NCBI GenBank assembly: GCA_963753835.1
Contig: CAVWDP010000003.1
Span: 89,589-153,588, forward strand
Direction: 5' to 3'
Length of the DNA stretch: 64,000 bases
Source of the DNA: an uncultured Bacteroidales bacterium
GTDB taxonomy: Bacteria > Bacteroidota > Bacteroidia > Bacteroidales > B18-G4
The notes under the pieces were generated by a model. That model did no database searches and was not told the origin of the DNA. It saw nothing but the letters and a program-made list of their open reading frames with translations. Both the position numbers and the translations under genes were made by a program. Of this stretch, positions 48,699 through 59,953 are shown in pieces. How positions within the stretch are numbered: position 1 is the stretch's first letter; each line of letters begins with the position of its first letter.

Positions 48699-51600
48699 TT
48701 ACACCTCCCTTTCTTTATTAATACTCCTTTTCACAATTTTTTCCTGCCAAATGCTATATAGTACAGGAACGACAAATATGGTCAGTGTTGCTATCAACAT
48801 ACCTCCTACAATTGGTATAGCCATAGGTATCATAATATCAGACCCTTTTCCGGTTGAAGTAAGAACTGGCAATAAGGCTATGATTGTGGTAGCTGTAGTC
48901 ATTATTGCGGGCCTGACACGCTTCAATCCGGCTTCAAGAACCATTGACCTGACTTCAGCTATAGATGTTGGCTTCTTTTTATCAAATAGCTGTTTAAGGT
49001 ATGTGCTGATCAAGACTCCATCATCTGTAGCAATACCAAAAAGTGCGATAAACCCCACCCATACAGCTACACTTAAGTTGATAGTGTGGACCTGAAGCAT
49101 ATCTTGCATGTTTATGCCCCCAATAGTGAAATTTAAAAACCACTGTTGGCCATAAAACCAGAGCATAATAAATCCGCCCGAAAAAGCGACCAATATACCG
49201 GAGAATATCAAAGCAGCCCCGGTTACTGATCTGAACTGGAAATAAAGGATGAGAAAAATTATGATCAGTGATATTGGAATAACAATGAGCAGGCGCTTGG
49301 TGGCCCTGATCTGGTTTTCGTAATTACCGGTGAACCTGTAATTAACTCCTGCAGGTATATCAAGTACTCCCAGGTCTATTTTTTCATCTAAATAATCCTG
49401 GGCATTCTCCACAACATCAACTTCAGCAAAACCATCTTTTTTATCGAAGATTACATACCCGACCAGAAAAGTATTCTCGCTCTTTATAAGTTGCGGTCCA
49501 CGAGTATATGAGATATCAGCCAGTTCTCCCAGGGGGACTTGTACACCGGTAGGTGATGGTATAAGGATCTTTTTGAGGTCCTCAGGATTGTCCCTGTACT
49601 CTCTAAGGTAACGTACCCTGACAGGAAACCTTTCCCTTCCCTCAACCGTAGTTGTTAACTGCATTCCCCCAATAGCACTGCTGATATGAGTTTGAAATTC
49701 TTTAATAGTAATGCCATATCGGGCAATGGCATCCCGGTTAATATTGATTTCTAAATACGGCTTTCCAACTACACGATCAGCGAAGACTGACATAGGCTCT
49801 ACTCCTTCCACATTCTTCAAATGGTTTTCAAGCTGATATCCCACCTGTTCAATGCTTTCAAGGTCAGGGCCAAACACCTTAATTCCCATAGGAGCACGCA
49901 TACCGGTTTGCAACATAACAAGGCGTGTTTGGATTGGTTGTAATTTAGGGGCAGAGGTAAACCCGGGCACATTTGAACTTTTTACAATTTCCTCCCAAAT
50001 ATCATTTTGAGATTTAATATGATCCCGCCATTGGCGAAAATATTCGCCTTTTGAGTCAGGTATCAGCATTTCTTTTTCAACTATTCTCATGTCACCCTTA
50101 TCCCTATTGTATGACGTACTATCCTTCAATAGATATGCGCCCTCGTCATCCACTTTAAATCGCATCCTGTGACCCTTTTCGTTAAGGACATATTCAGATT
50201 TGTAGTTGATCACATTTTCATACATTGATATTGGGGCAGGATCAAGTGCTGAACTCACTCTTCCCCATTTCCCAACCACATTTTCTACTTCAGGGATAGC
50301 ATTAACCTTTTTATCAAGGATTCTGATAACCTCAAGGTTTTCCTCAATACCGGAATGAGGCATAGTAGTGGGCATCAATAAAAATGAACCTTCATCAAGA
50401 GCTGGCATAAATTCCTTACCGATCCCTGGAAAGGTTTTACTGATAGATACGAATATAGATGAGCTCTTTAAAGACCCGGGTAAGAACCCCAAAAGTTTAT
50501 CGGATCCCTGCCAGGCTAAAACTCCAAATAGGATTACCATGATTGGCAGACTTAAGAAATTCCATTTATTATTAAGCGCCCAATTCAAGATTCGGGAGTA
50601 AAAGAAAACAACAGACATAAGAATGCCAAGAATGATAACAATAACTAACACGACGAAAAGAAGATTACCAATCTCACTGTTCTGAGCACCTAGAGGCATC
50701 CATTCTTTGTTAAGGAAATAAATCACAGCAGATAATATTATCCCGATGTTGATGATATTAAAATACCTCAGGTGTTTCCCCTGCCATTTATATTCGAATA
50801 AATTATTGATCCCATACAGGACAAGCGCCAGAGAAACAACATATCTCTCAAAAAAGAGGAAAGACACACCCGCGAGAATCATTACTATATAAAGGAATTG
50901 ACGGATTCTTCGCCTGTTAATTTTCATCGAGAATATTAGATGAGCTAAAGTTGGAATGATAACCAATCCAATCATTAATGCAGCTAGCATCGCAAATGTT
51001 TTAGTGAATGCCAGGGGCCTAAAAAGTTTACCTTCAGCGGCCTCCATTGCAAAGACTGGCAGAAAGCTTACAATTGTTGTTGTTAAAGCTGTGATAACTG
51101 CAGGGGCTACTTCCACAGTAGATTCATAGATTACCTGGAGCAATTGCTTTCCAGACGCTCCTTTATTTTCTGGCAGATCCCGATGCCTGATAATATTCTC
51201 TGTGAATACAACCCCCACATCCACCATTACGCCAATCGCGATAGCAATTCCTGAAAGCGCCACAATATTTGCATCTACACCAAATTGGCGCATGGCAATA
51301 AATGTTATCAAAACACCAATTGGTAACAAACTTGAGATTAAGAAAGAAGCCCGCAGATTTATAACCAATACCAGGACTACAATAATACTAATCAGGATTT
51401 CCAGTGTTAAGGCCTCTTCCAGGGTTCCAAGGGTTTCATTGATCAAGCCTGTGCGATCGTAAAATGGTACGATAGTGACTTTTGAAAACGATCCATCATT
51501 TAATGTTTTTGATGGTAAACCAGGTGCAATTTCTTCAATCTTAAGTTTAACATTATTAATCACCTCTAAGGGGTTAGCGCCATATCTTGCGACAATTACA

Positions 51601-52515
51601 CCTCCTACTGCTTCTGAACCACCTTTATCAAGGCCTCCACGCCTCGTAGCAGGTCCAAACTGAATTTTAGCAACATCTTTCAACCTGATAGGAACATTGT
51701 TTTTCACCTCTACAACACTCTTTTCAAGGTCCTCAAGGCTCTTTAACATATCCTATTGCTCTTATCAGGTATTCGACTCGATTGAACTCAATCGTACGGG
51801 CTCCTATATCAAGATTGCTATTCTTGACGGCCTGCATTATCTGAGCTACTGTGACACCATGAGCCTTCATTGCATTGGGATCAATATCGATTTGATACTC
51901 CTTTACAAAACCACCTATAGAAGCAACCTCAGCAACACCTTTTGCAGCTGTCAGAGAATATTTTACATAAAAATCCTGGATTGTACGTAACTCGTGAGGA
52001 TCCCATCCACCATTAGGATTACCTTCCTTATCACGACCTTCCAACGTATACCAGTATATCTGGCCCAAAGCTGTCGCATCCGGTCCAAGAGACGGTGTTA
52101 CACCATCGGGTAATGTTCCAGAAGGTAATGAGCTCAGTTTTTCGAGTATTCTTGTTCTGCTCCAGTAAAACTCAATTCCTTCTTCAAATATGAGATAGAT
52201 GCTTGATACTCCAAAAATAGAATTGCTGCGAATTGTCTGAACCCCGGGAATTCCGAGAAGTGCAGTCGTTAAAGGATAAGATACCTGGTCTTCTATATCC
52301 TGAGGAGATCTTCCAGGCCATTCTGTATATACGATTTGCTGGTTTTCACCTATATCAGGAATTGCGTCCACAGGAACCGGATCCTTTGGCAAAAACCCGG
52401 TGTCCCAACTGAATGGCGATGATATAATACCCCAGGATACCAATGTCACTATCACAAGGAATACTACCAGCCTGTTTTCTAAGAAAAATTTTATTGCTTT
52501 GTTTAACATACCCAA
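48699..52515 (-). pseudogene. CusA/CzcA-family heavy-metal RND efflux pump, one frameshift as sequenced
   Basis: ORFs 51733..52515 and 48699..51749 are colinear. The junction at the T3 run 51742-51744 restores ..EYLIRAIGYV/KSLEDLEKSVV... N-terminus MLNKAIKFFLENR..VDAIPDIGENQQIV is typical. Confidence 0.9.
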
Positions 52516-52607
52516 AAATTATAGTCATTATGAATTATAATTGTACGACAGGGTCCTATAGTTCCTTGATTAAACAAGACTATGGACCACAAATTAAAAT
52601 TCAAAGA

Positions 52608-52988
52608 CTATAAAAGGTATGCCTGGATTTCGGAGAGATAGGTATCTGTCTCTCGAGGAGGATGAGAATCAATAGGATAATAATTCCTATCAATATCTTC
52701 CATATTTTCAAATTGGGGTAATATATTGATTGAATAATCAGCAAATAGATCAATAACTGTTTCATTATGATCTAAGCTGGTACTTATTGAAAATTCATAA
52801 TCGGCACTAAATTGGATTACATCTGTTTCATCATCACAGCAATCACTAGGCACTTCACAGCATGAATCAGCTTCTCCATATAAGGCAATAGAATAAAGCT
52901 CATCGCCTGAATAGTGCCTGCTTATGCTCGTTCCAACTGTTAATACAGTAAAGAATACAGCGAATATTATATAATGTAGTTTATTCAA
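52608..52988 (-). CDS. small membrane-anchored Cys-rich protein leading the efflux operon (resembles the HYC_CC_PP family)
   Basis: 126 aa; N-terminal TM; RHYS.., two CC pairs (DSCCEVPSDCCDDE), C-terminal HPP. The family name is from memory and unverified. Confidence 0.5.
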   Translation of the reverse strand: MNKLHYIIFAVFFTVLTVGTSISRHYSGDELYSIALYGEADSCCEVPSDCCDDETDVIQFSADYEFSISTSLDHNETVIDLFADYSINILPQFENMEDIDRNYYPIDSHPPRETDTYLSEIQAYLL

Positions 52989-53415
52989 TTCTTTTCCAAT
53001 ATGGTTACAGATGTACTAATAGAATAACACGAGAAGGTATTGCATTGTTCATGTATCAGCGTATTTTCATAATTTATTGCATTTTGATTCAACACTTGAT
53101 GTATCTATATTGGGGAATGCCCCCCATCCCTCCAGACACTCACCTCCACCATTTATAAAAGAATCCCCCTCAAGCCTGCCACATATAATCTCAGCGTGAA
53201 GTTCTACCCCCAGGGAGGGTAAACAATTCACTCAATCATGTAATAAATTATACAGGTCTTACAAGCCTACTTTCATTTTGATGCCCATCGGGCCGTTTAA
53301 ATAAAAAACCTAAAGATTAAACAAATTAACTATCTAGCTTGTTATATATCTGAAAGTTTTCGCACTGCTGATGTAAGAATTGCGGACTTTAAACGACAAA
53401 CTAGAAAATAATATC

Positions 53416-54135
53416 ATGAAATACGAAGAATTAATAAAGTCGAACAAGACGATAAATATAAATGGTAATGATGTATTTACCAGCGAGCCGGAGCAAGATC
53501 TCTTTGAACTGATTGGCGATAATCATGTGGGTACTTCTATTGACACGCCCTTGCGGCCAGATGCATTCGACCTGAGCGAAGAGGACAAGATGGAGATCAT
53601 CGAAGGCCAATTTGAAAAGATTATGCAAACAATGGGCCTGGATTTGAATGATGATAGCCTAAGGGGGACTCCACACAGGGTTGCAAAGATGTTTGTGAAA
53701 GAGATCTTCAGCGGGCTGAACCCACAAAACATGCCCAGGATTTCGGTGTTTGAGAATAAATTTAATTATAACGAGATGCTTGTCGAGCGGAACATTTCCC
53801 TGAATTCAACATGCGAGCATCATTTTCTGCCAATCATTGGCAAAGCACATGTGGCTTACATTTCTAGTGGCCAGGTAATCGGACTTTCAAAGATCAACAG
53901 GATCGTAGACTACTTTGCCAGGAGGCCCCAGGTGCAAGAACGTTTAACTGTACAGATCGCCGAGGAATTAAAGAAAGTGCTGAATACCGAAGATGTGGCT
54001 GTGGTTATCGACGCCAAACACCTCTGTGTGTCCTCAAGGGGAATACAGGATGAAAGCAGCTCAACGCTTACCGCATCATATTCCGGAAAATTCAAAGATC
54101 CGACAACAAAGGAAGAATTCCTGAAATATATGTAG
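53416..54135 (+). CDS. folE: GTP cyclohydrolase I
   Basis: Trimmed to the ATG at 53416. Motifs: [10 protein letters not shown], zinc-site [17 protein letters not shown]. Confidence 0.9.
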   Translation: MKYEELIKSNKTININGNDVFTSEPEQDLFELIGDNHVGTSIDTPLRPDAFDLSEEDKMEIIEGQFEKIMQTMGLDLNDDSLRGTPHRVAKMFVKEIFSGLNPQNMPRISVFENKFNYNEMLVERNISLNSTCEHHFLPIIGKAHVAYISSGQVIGLSKINRIVDYFARRPQVQERLTVQIAEELKKVLNTEDVAVVIDAKHLCVSSRGIQDESSSTLTASYSGKFKDPTTKEEFLKYM

Positions 54136-54193
54136 GTTGCCAACCCTTTACAAAAGCAATTCTTAAATTAGGGTTGGTCCTAAGGAAATCTTT

Positions 54194-55017
54194 TCAGCGA
54201 ACCGCTTCAAACACCCATTCAGGTGTAATTAGCTTCTCTCCTTCCTTTAACCGATACCATGGACTTATGCCGTCAACGTTTGGATTGATCAGTACATGAA
54301 TATCCTGGGCTGGCATATAGCTTTGTGCGAGCATGAATAAGCTTTCTCATGATCATTAATGGCCACATCAACAACAATAACAGCATGACCGGGGCTTCCG
54401 CCCTGGATAAATACATCGCCGGGCTGAATGTCACTAATATTTGCTGTAATTAATTCTTTCTCCAGCGATAAAGAACCGGCGTAAATAAAAACTGTTTCAA
54501 GGTAATTGGCGAAGGTTTGGTCCGTCTCTGAAGGCGCAGCAGATTTCTCCCAGAGAACATCGTTTCCGCTTATTGTACAGCGGTAACCATCTTTCCATTT
54601 GGCCCAGTATGCAGGTGTTCCATTGGTAAAATTAAAGACAATCTCATCTTCCCTTCCTGAAATTTCAAGGTAATCAGCACGCAACCTGATCACAGCATCG
54701 GCACATTGCTGCAAGTCTTTATCTCCAACTGTTATATCGACCACAGCGGCAGCAACATTATTGTTTCTTTTTTCATCTCCATTGTAATAATGAATTATGT
54801 ACCCGGAAGGCTTCAGCGGAAGATGTTGCAAGAAATAAGCAAAACTAATGCTGTCATAGAAGACTCTCTGGAATCCATCCGGAGTATTAAAGCGGCCGGC
54901 AATTGTTTGTCCCCCTGGGTTTAACAATTGGATAGATTCTTCATGATCTTGATGACCTTCAGGTCCGATACAGGAAGAAAATAATAATATCAGAAACGGA
55001 TAAAAGAAAAGGCTCAT
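54194..55017 (-). pseudogene. DUF4846-like secreted protein, one frameshift as sequenced
   Basis: ORF 54289..55017 ends in nonsense (..HEKAYSCSHKAICQ). Shifting frame near 54336-54340 gives ..LFMLAQSYMPAQDIHVLINPNVDGISPWYRLKEGEKLITPEWVFEAVR with a stop at 54194. The family name is from memory. Confidence 0.6.
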
Positions 55018-55067
55018 GATTGTATTAACGTATCCCGGGAAATGAAATTATAGAACTGACAGGCCTT

Positions 55068-57899
55068 TTACTTGCCTTCTCCTTTCAGTCCGTCAAAAAC
55101 AAGTGTCAGATAATAAAGACCACCAATACTGGCGCTCCCGAAACTGGTGGTGTACCAATCGTTCAGCACGTTGGAGCCCCCTACCTTTACTGTAGTAAAC
55201 AGGGATTCAAATGTATAACTAACCTGTGCATCAAGCGTGGCAAACGATGGCATTTGTGCTACCCCGAAGGCTGATTCCCAGAGAAAGGTATCCTGCCAAC
55301 GATAACTTATTTTAAATCCGACCTGGTCGTGAAACTGCCGCTTTCCAACGCTAAGGTTGAAGCGGTAGCGCGGAGTGTTAAAGCGTGACTGGAATCCAGG
55401 CGGACGGTTTTCGATCGATTCCAGCGCATTGTAGGCTACATTGCCGTTTGCAAAAAATCCTTTTGGCAACAGCATGTCGAGCCCTAATGCCCAGCCCCAG
55501 GCTGTTACCGGTTCATCGGTGCTGATGGTTGTCTGAAACCTTCTTTCATCATCCTCATTTGGGTTTTGTACCAGCACCTGGGTTGCCAGAAAACCACTGA
55601 ACCGGTTTACGAATATGTACGAATCCAGGAAAAGAAGTTTATTGAGGAATAATCCTTTATATCCAATTTCATATGCAGTCACACGTTCAGGTTCAAATTC
55701 CGGGATTATAAAAGGGCCATCGTCCAAAACTGGTTCTCCGGTAACAGGATTTGCACTGCTCAAAGGATAAACCGGGTTGGTATCAAAATCATATAATGCA
55801 TGAACCTCTGGAAGTCCCCCAATTACCCGGAAGGCCCCAACATCCAGGTTCACCCATTGATCAGCGATGGACGGGAAGCGATATGCTGTTTGTACCGATC
55901 CCCTGAGGGTATGGTCAAGGTCTTTATCAATTGAATATACCATTGACAAGCGGGGAGTGGCCCTGCCCTTGAAGTATTCATTCTTATCATAGCGTGCTGC
56001 AAGCGTTACACGGAGGTGGTCACGAAGGAATACACGGTTAAGTTGTACATAACCTCCGTATTGATTGATCTTGATCGGGTTTCCCGGTGTGTCGGCAAAC
56101 ACGGTTCCCTCGCTGTTGATGTTGTAGTTCCTGTAACTGGCGCCTGCCTGCAGATCGAACCAGGGAATATACTTGCTGAAATTATACATACCCTCTAAAT
56201 GAAACATTTTACTTTTATCGAGCACCCTGGCACCACCATCCTGAACGGGGGTCTTAATAACATTCTCAAAATATGTGTTGAATTCATCTGACCCTGCATA
56301 TGGGAAAGCATTTTCGGAAGGATTAAAGACATTTCCGTGTTCATCCCTGTTTTCGGCAACCAGCCGGGCAAACTTGAGGGCATCCTCTTCAGAGGCGCCC
56401 AATAATATCTGCTGGGTATATGAAGCGATGTAATCTTCAAACCATTTTTCGCTGGGTTTCCACGCCTCGTTGATCATGGCACCGGCGCCACCAGCATTGT
56501 AAGTGTCGCCTGAATTTTCCCAAACATAATATGAGCGGACATAAAAATCAGGGTTGTTCACCTCTGCCTGAATATTTGACATCTGGAAATTATCGAATGC
56601 AAAGCGGTTTTGAGCTGTATATACACTGCTTCCGTTCCCGGTTCCTCCTCGAAGGATGGCCTCATAATTCTTTCCAAATTTATAGTGGAGAGCTGCATTG
56701 AATCTGAGGATACGTGTATTGTAGTCGACCAGGTCGCTTTCTTTCCAGCCAGTACGGGTGATGATCTGGTCGGGGAAAAGATGAAGGTTGTCGTTAATAA
56801 ATGCTTCATATTCTGGAGACCCAGGAACCAAACCTCGTGCATCAGCTACACCGGCCAGCACAGTTGGTGCTACTTCCTGAAGATTCACCGGAACTACAAT
56901 GTCATCTCCATAAACATTCACCCCATCATAGCCCTCGTTACTTTCCCTGGTTGAATTTGGATCATCAAGCCGGTATTTGTCACGAAAATCCACAGCGAAC
57001 CAATCTGTGGCATTCAGATAAGTTCCCGTAACTTTAAATGCAAATTTATCATTGAAGTTTTTGGCATATCGAAAGTCGAGATTTACCATGGGCTCCACTC
57101 CGGTGGTATATTCATCACCAATATGCATCAGTCCACCCTGAAGGGAAACAGTCAGTCCCTCATGGTCGAAAGGGTTTTTGCTGTTCATCAGCAATACGCC
57201 ATTCATTCCTCCGGGGCCATAAAGCGCCGAAGATGCACCAACGAGTAATTCCACACCCTCAACATCAATATTGGATAAACCGAAAATATTACCTGCCGAG
57301 AAACTCAATCCTGGTGAACTGTTGTCCACGCCATCAACCAGCTGGTTCATGCGAACATTGGTTTCTCCAGTGAACCCACGCGCATTTGGAAAGCGGAAAG
57401 TAAGGCTGTGCACATTCATATCAACCCCCTTAATGGAATACAGCCCATCATAAAAGTTGGCTGTGGGGATTTGCTCAATATCCCTGCTGGTCAATTTTTC
57501 AATGGTGACCGGCGAAGCCATAATATTCTCTTCAACCCTGGAGGCAGAGATGACAACTTCCTGACCAAGAATAGCCCTTGTTTCCATTTCAATCAGCAGG
57601 TCTGACAGGGAGCCGGAAATCCCCACCTCCACTTTAGCATAGCCGATAAATGAGAACTCAATAACAAAAGGTAGCGGGGTATCTGTTTTCAGACTGAAAT
57701 ATCCTTCCACATCGCTCACTGTGCCGGCATAAGTTCCCTGGATAGTAATATTTACTCCAGTAAGGGGTTCATCGGTTCCGGCCTCCATTACCCTTCCGCT
57801 CACGCTAACTTGCTGGGAATATACAGAAAGGGAACAAAAAAGCAGTATAAAGAGCCCCAAAACACTATACACAAAGAGTTCCCTTTTTTCTAGTCTCAT
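55068..57899 (-). CDS. TonB-dependent receptor with N-terminal carboxypeptidase-regulatory-like domain
   Basis: 943 aa: signal peptide, CarboxypepD_reg-like start (VSGRVMEAGTDEPLTGVNITIQGT), plug, and a beta-barrel with an aromatic C-terminal region. Confidence 0.9.
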   Translation of the reverse strand: MRLEKRELFVYSVLGLFILLFCSLSVYSQQVSVSGRVMEAGTDEPLTGVNITIQGTYAGTVSDVEGYFSLKTDTPLPFVIEFSFIGYAKVEVGISGSLSDLLIEMETRAILGQEVVISASRVEENIMASPVTIEKLTSRDIEQIPTANFYDGLYSIKGVDMNVHSLTFRFPNARGFTGETNVRMNQLVDGVDNSSPGLSFSAGNIFGLSNIDVEGVELLVGASSALYGPGGMNGVLLMNSKNPFDHEGLTVSLQGGLMHIGDEYTTGVEPMVNLDFRYAKNFNDKFAFKVTGTYLNATDWFAVDFRDKYRLDDPNSTRESNEGYDGVNVYGDDIVVPVNLQEVAPTVLAGVADARGLVPGSPEYEAFINDNLHLFPDQIITRTGWKESDLVDYNTRILRFNAALHYKFGKNYEAILRGGTGNGSSVYTAQNRFAFDNFQMSNIQAEVNNPDFYVRSYYVWENSGDTYNAGGAGAMINEAWKPSEKWFEDYIASYTQQILLGASEEDALKFARLVAENRDEHGNVFNPSENAFPYAGSDEFNTYFENVIKTPVQDGGARVLDKSKMFHLEGMYNFSKYIPWFDLQAGASYRNYNINSEGTVFADTPGNPIKINQYGGYVQLNRVFLRDHLRVTLAARYDKNEYFKGRATPRLSMVYSIDKDLDHTLRGSVQTAYRFPSIADQWVNLDVGAFRVIGGLPEVHALYDFDTNPVYPLSSANPVTGEPVLDDGPFIIPEFEPERVTAYEIGYKGLFLNKLLFLDSYIFVNRFSGFLATQVLVQNPNEDDERRFQTTISTDEPVTAWGWALGLDMLLPKGFFANGNVAYNALESIENRPPGFQSRFNTPRYRFNLSVGKRQFHDQVGFKISYRWQDTFLWESAFGVAQMPSFATLDAQVSYTFESLFTTVKVGGSNVLNDWYTTSFGSASIGGLYYLTLVFDGLKGEGK

Positions 57900-57942
57900 A
57901 TACTGATGCGATTTGCAAATTTGGACACAAGATAAGGATAAA

Positions 57943-58053
57943 AGTATTTAGAGTAATTAGAGTACTTAGAGTATTTAGAGTACTTAGAGTATTTAGAGTA
58001 CTTAGAGTATTTAATGTACTTGAAGTGCCTAAAGTACTTAAAGTGCCTAAAGT
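57943..58053. repeat. tandem nonamer array (AGAGTAYTT x8, then AAGTGCCTAAAGTACTTA x2)
   Basis: Read directly; same family and orientation as 60561-60625. Confidence 0.9.
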
Positions 58054-58113
58054 TTGGAGTTCAAAGTTCAGAGTTCAAAGTTCAAAGTTCATTGTTCAGA
58101 TTTCAAAGTTCGG
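58054..58113. repeat. heptamer array (AGTTCAA-type x8)
   Basis: Inverted member of the CTTTGAA family at 33966-34005. Confidence 0.9.
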
Positions 58114-58188
58114 ATGTATCCTATATCATTTAGCTGTGAAAATATTCCATGAATTTGATAATTTCGCTGATTAATCCAGATTAAGCCG

Positions 58189-59919
58189 ATGCCTGTAAGA
58201 TTCAGTGCCCGATTAAGTGAAACCTGGCTAAAGGCAGCCGTTGTGGGGAGCCTGTGGGCTTCTTTTGAGATCATTATTGGAAGTTTTTTGCATAATTTGC
58301 GTATTCCTTTTGCCGGCACTTTACTATCATTTTCCAGTGTAGCTCTTGTCATTGCATTTTTGCAGATATGGGACAACAGAGGACTTATTTGGCGGGCAGG
58401 GCTGATAGCTGCACTGCTAAAATCCATGTCGCCCTCTGCTATCATCCTGGGTCCCATGATCGGGATATTCAGTGAAGCACTGATCATTGAATTTGTGATC
58501 ATGCTTTTTGGCCGAAACCTGTTGGGATATTTGTTGGGTGGCGCCCTGGCGGTATTGAGTGCCTTGATGCACAAGCTTGTCAGTTTGCTGGTAACTTATG
58601 GATTTGACCTTGTGATCATTGTTGATCAGCTCTATAAATATATCATCAAGCAAATGGGGATGACGAAGGGTGATCCGGTATTATTACTGAGCACAGTTAT
58701 GCTCGCCTATTTGTTACTGGGAATAGCTGGAGCGATCATTGGTTATTTGGCTGGAAAGAGATCAGTAAATATCAGGATGGCAGAAGGGAATGAAATCGTT
58801 CCTGATCGGCAGTCATCATTTTTTAATGAGACTAAAGATCAGAAAATGTCTCCCTGGTTTTTACTTTATCATATATTTTGCATCATTTCCTGCCTGTTCA
58901 TGCTGAACTCCCTTCCTCTGGCCATCTCCTTTTTGCCATCACTTTTGTATGCCGCCTTTTGTCTTTACTGGTACAGGGGCAGCATGCGTTCCTTCCGCAA
59001 ACCATCCTTTTGGATATGGTTTATGTCGATTACCTTGCTGGCTGCAGTTTTCTGGAACGGATTGTCGAAAGGGGTCCTCTGGGATTTAGAAGGCCTGGCA
59101 GTTGGCTTAAAAATGAATCTGAGGGCTATTGTTATCCTGACAGGCTTTGCCGCACTCAGTCGTGAGTTGCGAAATCCTATTATCAGAACGGTTTTATATC
59201 ATCATGGATTCGCCAGCGTTTATCATGCGGTGGGCCTGGCGTTTTCTGTCTTGCCAGGAATCATTGATTCTCTTCCTGGAGTAAAAAAACTTTTCTCAAA
59301 ACCTGTGAACTCGCTTGCGATCATCGTGCGCAAGGCAGCAGATGTTTACCCGGCGCTGAAGAAAGAACTGGCCGATCAAAGCCCGGTCATTATTATTACT
59401 GGCAATGTACAGGAAGGGAAGACCAGCTTTCTTGTTGAATTGATCGAATTGCTAAAGAAAAATAAGATCAAAGTGGATGGATTCGTCGCCAGGGGTGTTC
59501 ATGATGAACATGGCCGGATCGGCTATGACCTGGAGCATTTAATTGATGGCGAAAGACAGGTATATATTCGAAACTCTCCATCAAAGGGATGGTTGCAGTA
59601 TGGTAAATACTATTTTAATCCGAAGGGTGAGGAGTTTGGGAGGAGGATTTTGGAAAGCATCAATATTGACAATAATGATTTACTTGTTATTGATGAGATC
59701 GGACCCGTTGAACTGAAAGGAAAGGGTTGGTCCTTGGATATTGAAAGACTGTTGGATACAAGCAGAATGGTACAATTGTGGGTAGTCAGGAGACCTTTGT
59801 TGAAAAAAGTGATCCGACAATGGAATGTTGGCAATATCCTGGTATTGGATATTTGCTCTGACAGCCTGGAAGACTCAACAGAAGAGGTTATTTCATTCCT
59901 TAAAAATGGAGGGAAGTAA
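58189..59919 (+). CDS. fusion protein: about 400-aa polytopic membrane region plus C-terminal P-loop NTPase (DUF2478/THEP1-like)
   Basis: 576-aa continuous ORF with about 10 TM helices. It ends in Walker A (IIITGNVQEGKTSF) and Walker B (LLVIDEIGPVELKG). The antisense ORF 58089..58574 is a shadow. Confidence 0.6.
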   Translation: MPVRFSARLSETWLKAAVVGSLWASFEIIIGSFLHNLRIPFAGTLLSFSSVALVIAFLQIWDNRGLIWRAGLIAALLKSMSPSAIILGPMIGIFSEALIIEFVIMLFGRNLLGYLLGGALAVLSALMHKLVSLLVTYGFDLVIIVDQLYKYIIKQMGMTKGDPVLLLSTVMLAYLLLGIAGAIIGYLAGKRSVNIRMAEGNEIVPDRQSSFFNETKDQKMSPWFLLYHIFCIISCLFMLNSLPLAISFLPSLLYAAFCLYWYRGSMRSFRKPSFWIWFMSITLLAAVFWNGLSKGVLWDLEGLAVGLKMNLRAIVILTGFAALSRELRNPIIRTVLYHHGFASVYHAVGLAFSVLPGIIDSLPGVKKLFSKPVNSLAIIVRKAADVYPALKKELADQSPVIIITGNVQEGKTSFLVELIELLKKNKIKVDGFVARGVHDEHGRIGYDLEHLIDGERQVYIRNSPSKGWLQYGKYYFNPKGEEFGRRILESINIDNNDLLVIDEIGPVELKGKGWSLDIERLLDTSRMVQLWVVRRPLLKKVIRQWNVGNILVLDICSDSLEDSTEEVISFLKNGGK

Positions 59920-59953
59920 GTACAATTTTATAAATTTGCAAAAAACACGGACC

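Noticed and set aside
52989-53415. Riboswitch (THF, preQ1 or similar) upstream of folE in the 427-bp divergent spacer.
   Set aside because: I could not recognise any riboswitch core or terminator/antiterminator pair by eye. The question stays open for an Infernal scan, but it is not claimable.
54140-54177. Hairpin ccaaccct-22 nt-agggttgg between folE and the DUF4846 gene as a bidirectional terminator.
   Set aside because: The stem is only 8 bp, the loop is large, and no U-tract flanks it on either strand. The support is too weak to list as a feature.
58089-58574. 161-aa minus-strand ORF.
   Set aside because: It is antisense to the N-terminus of the 576-aa membrane-NTPase ORF and begins inside the repeat array.
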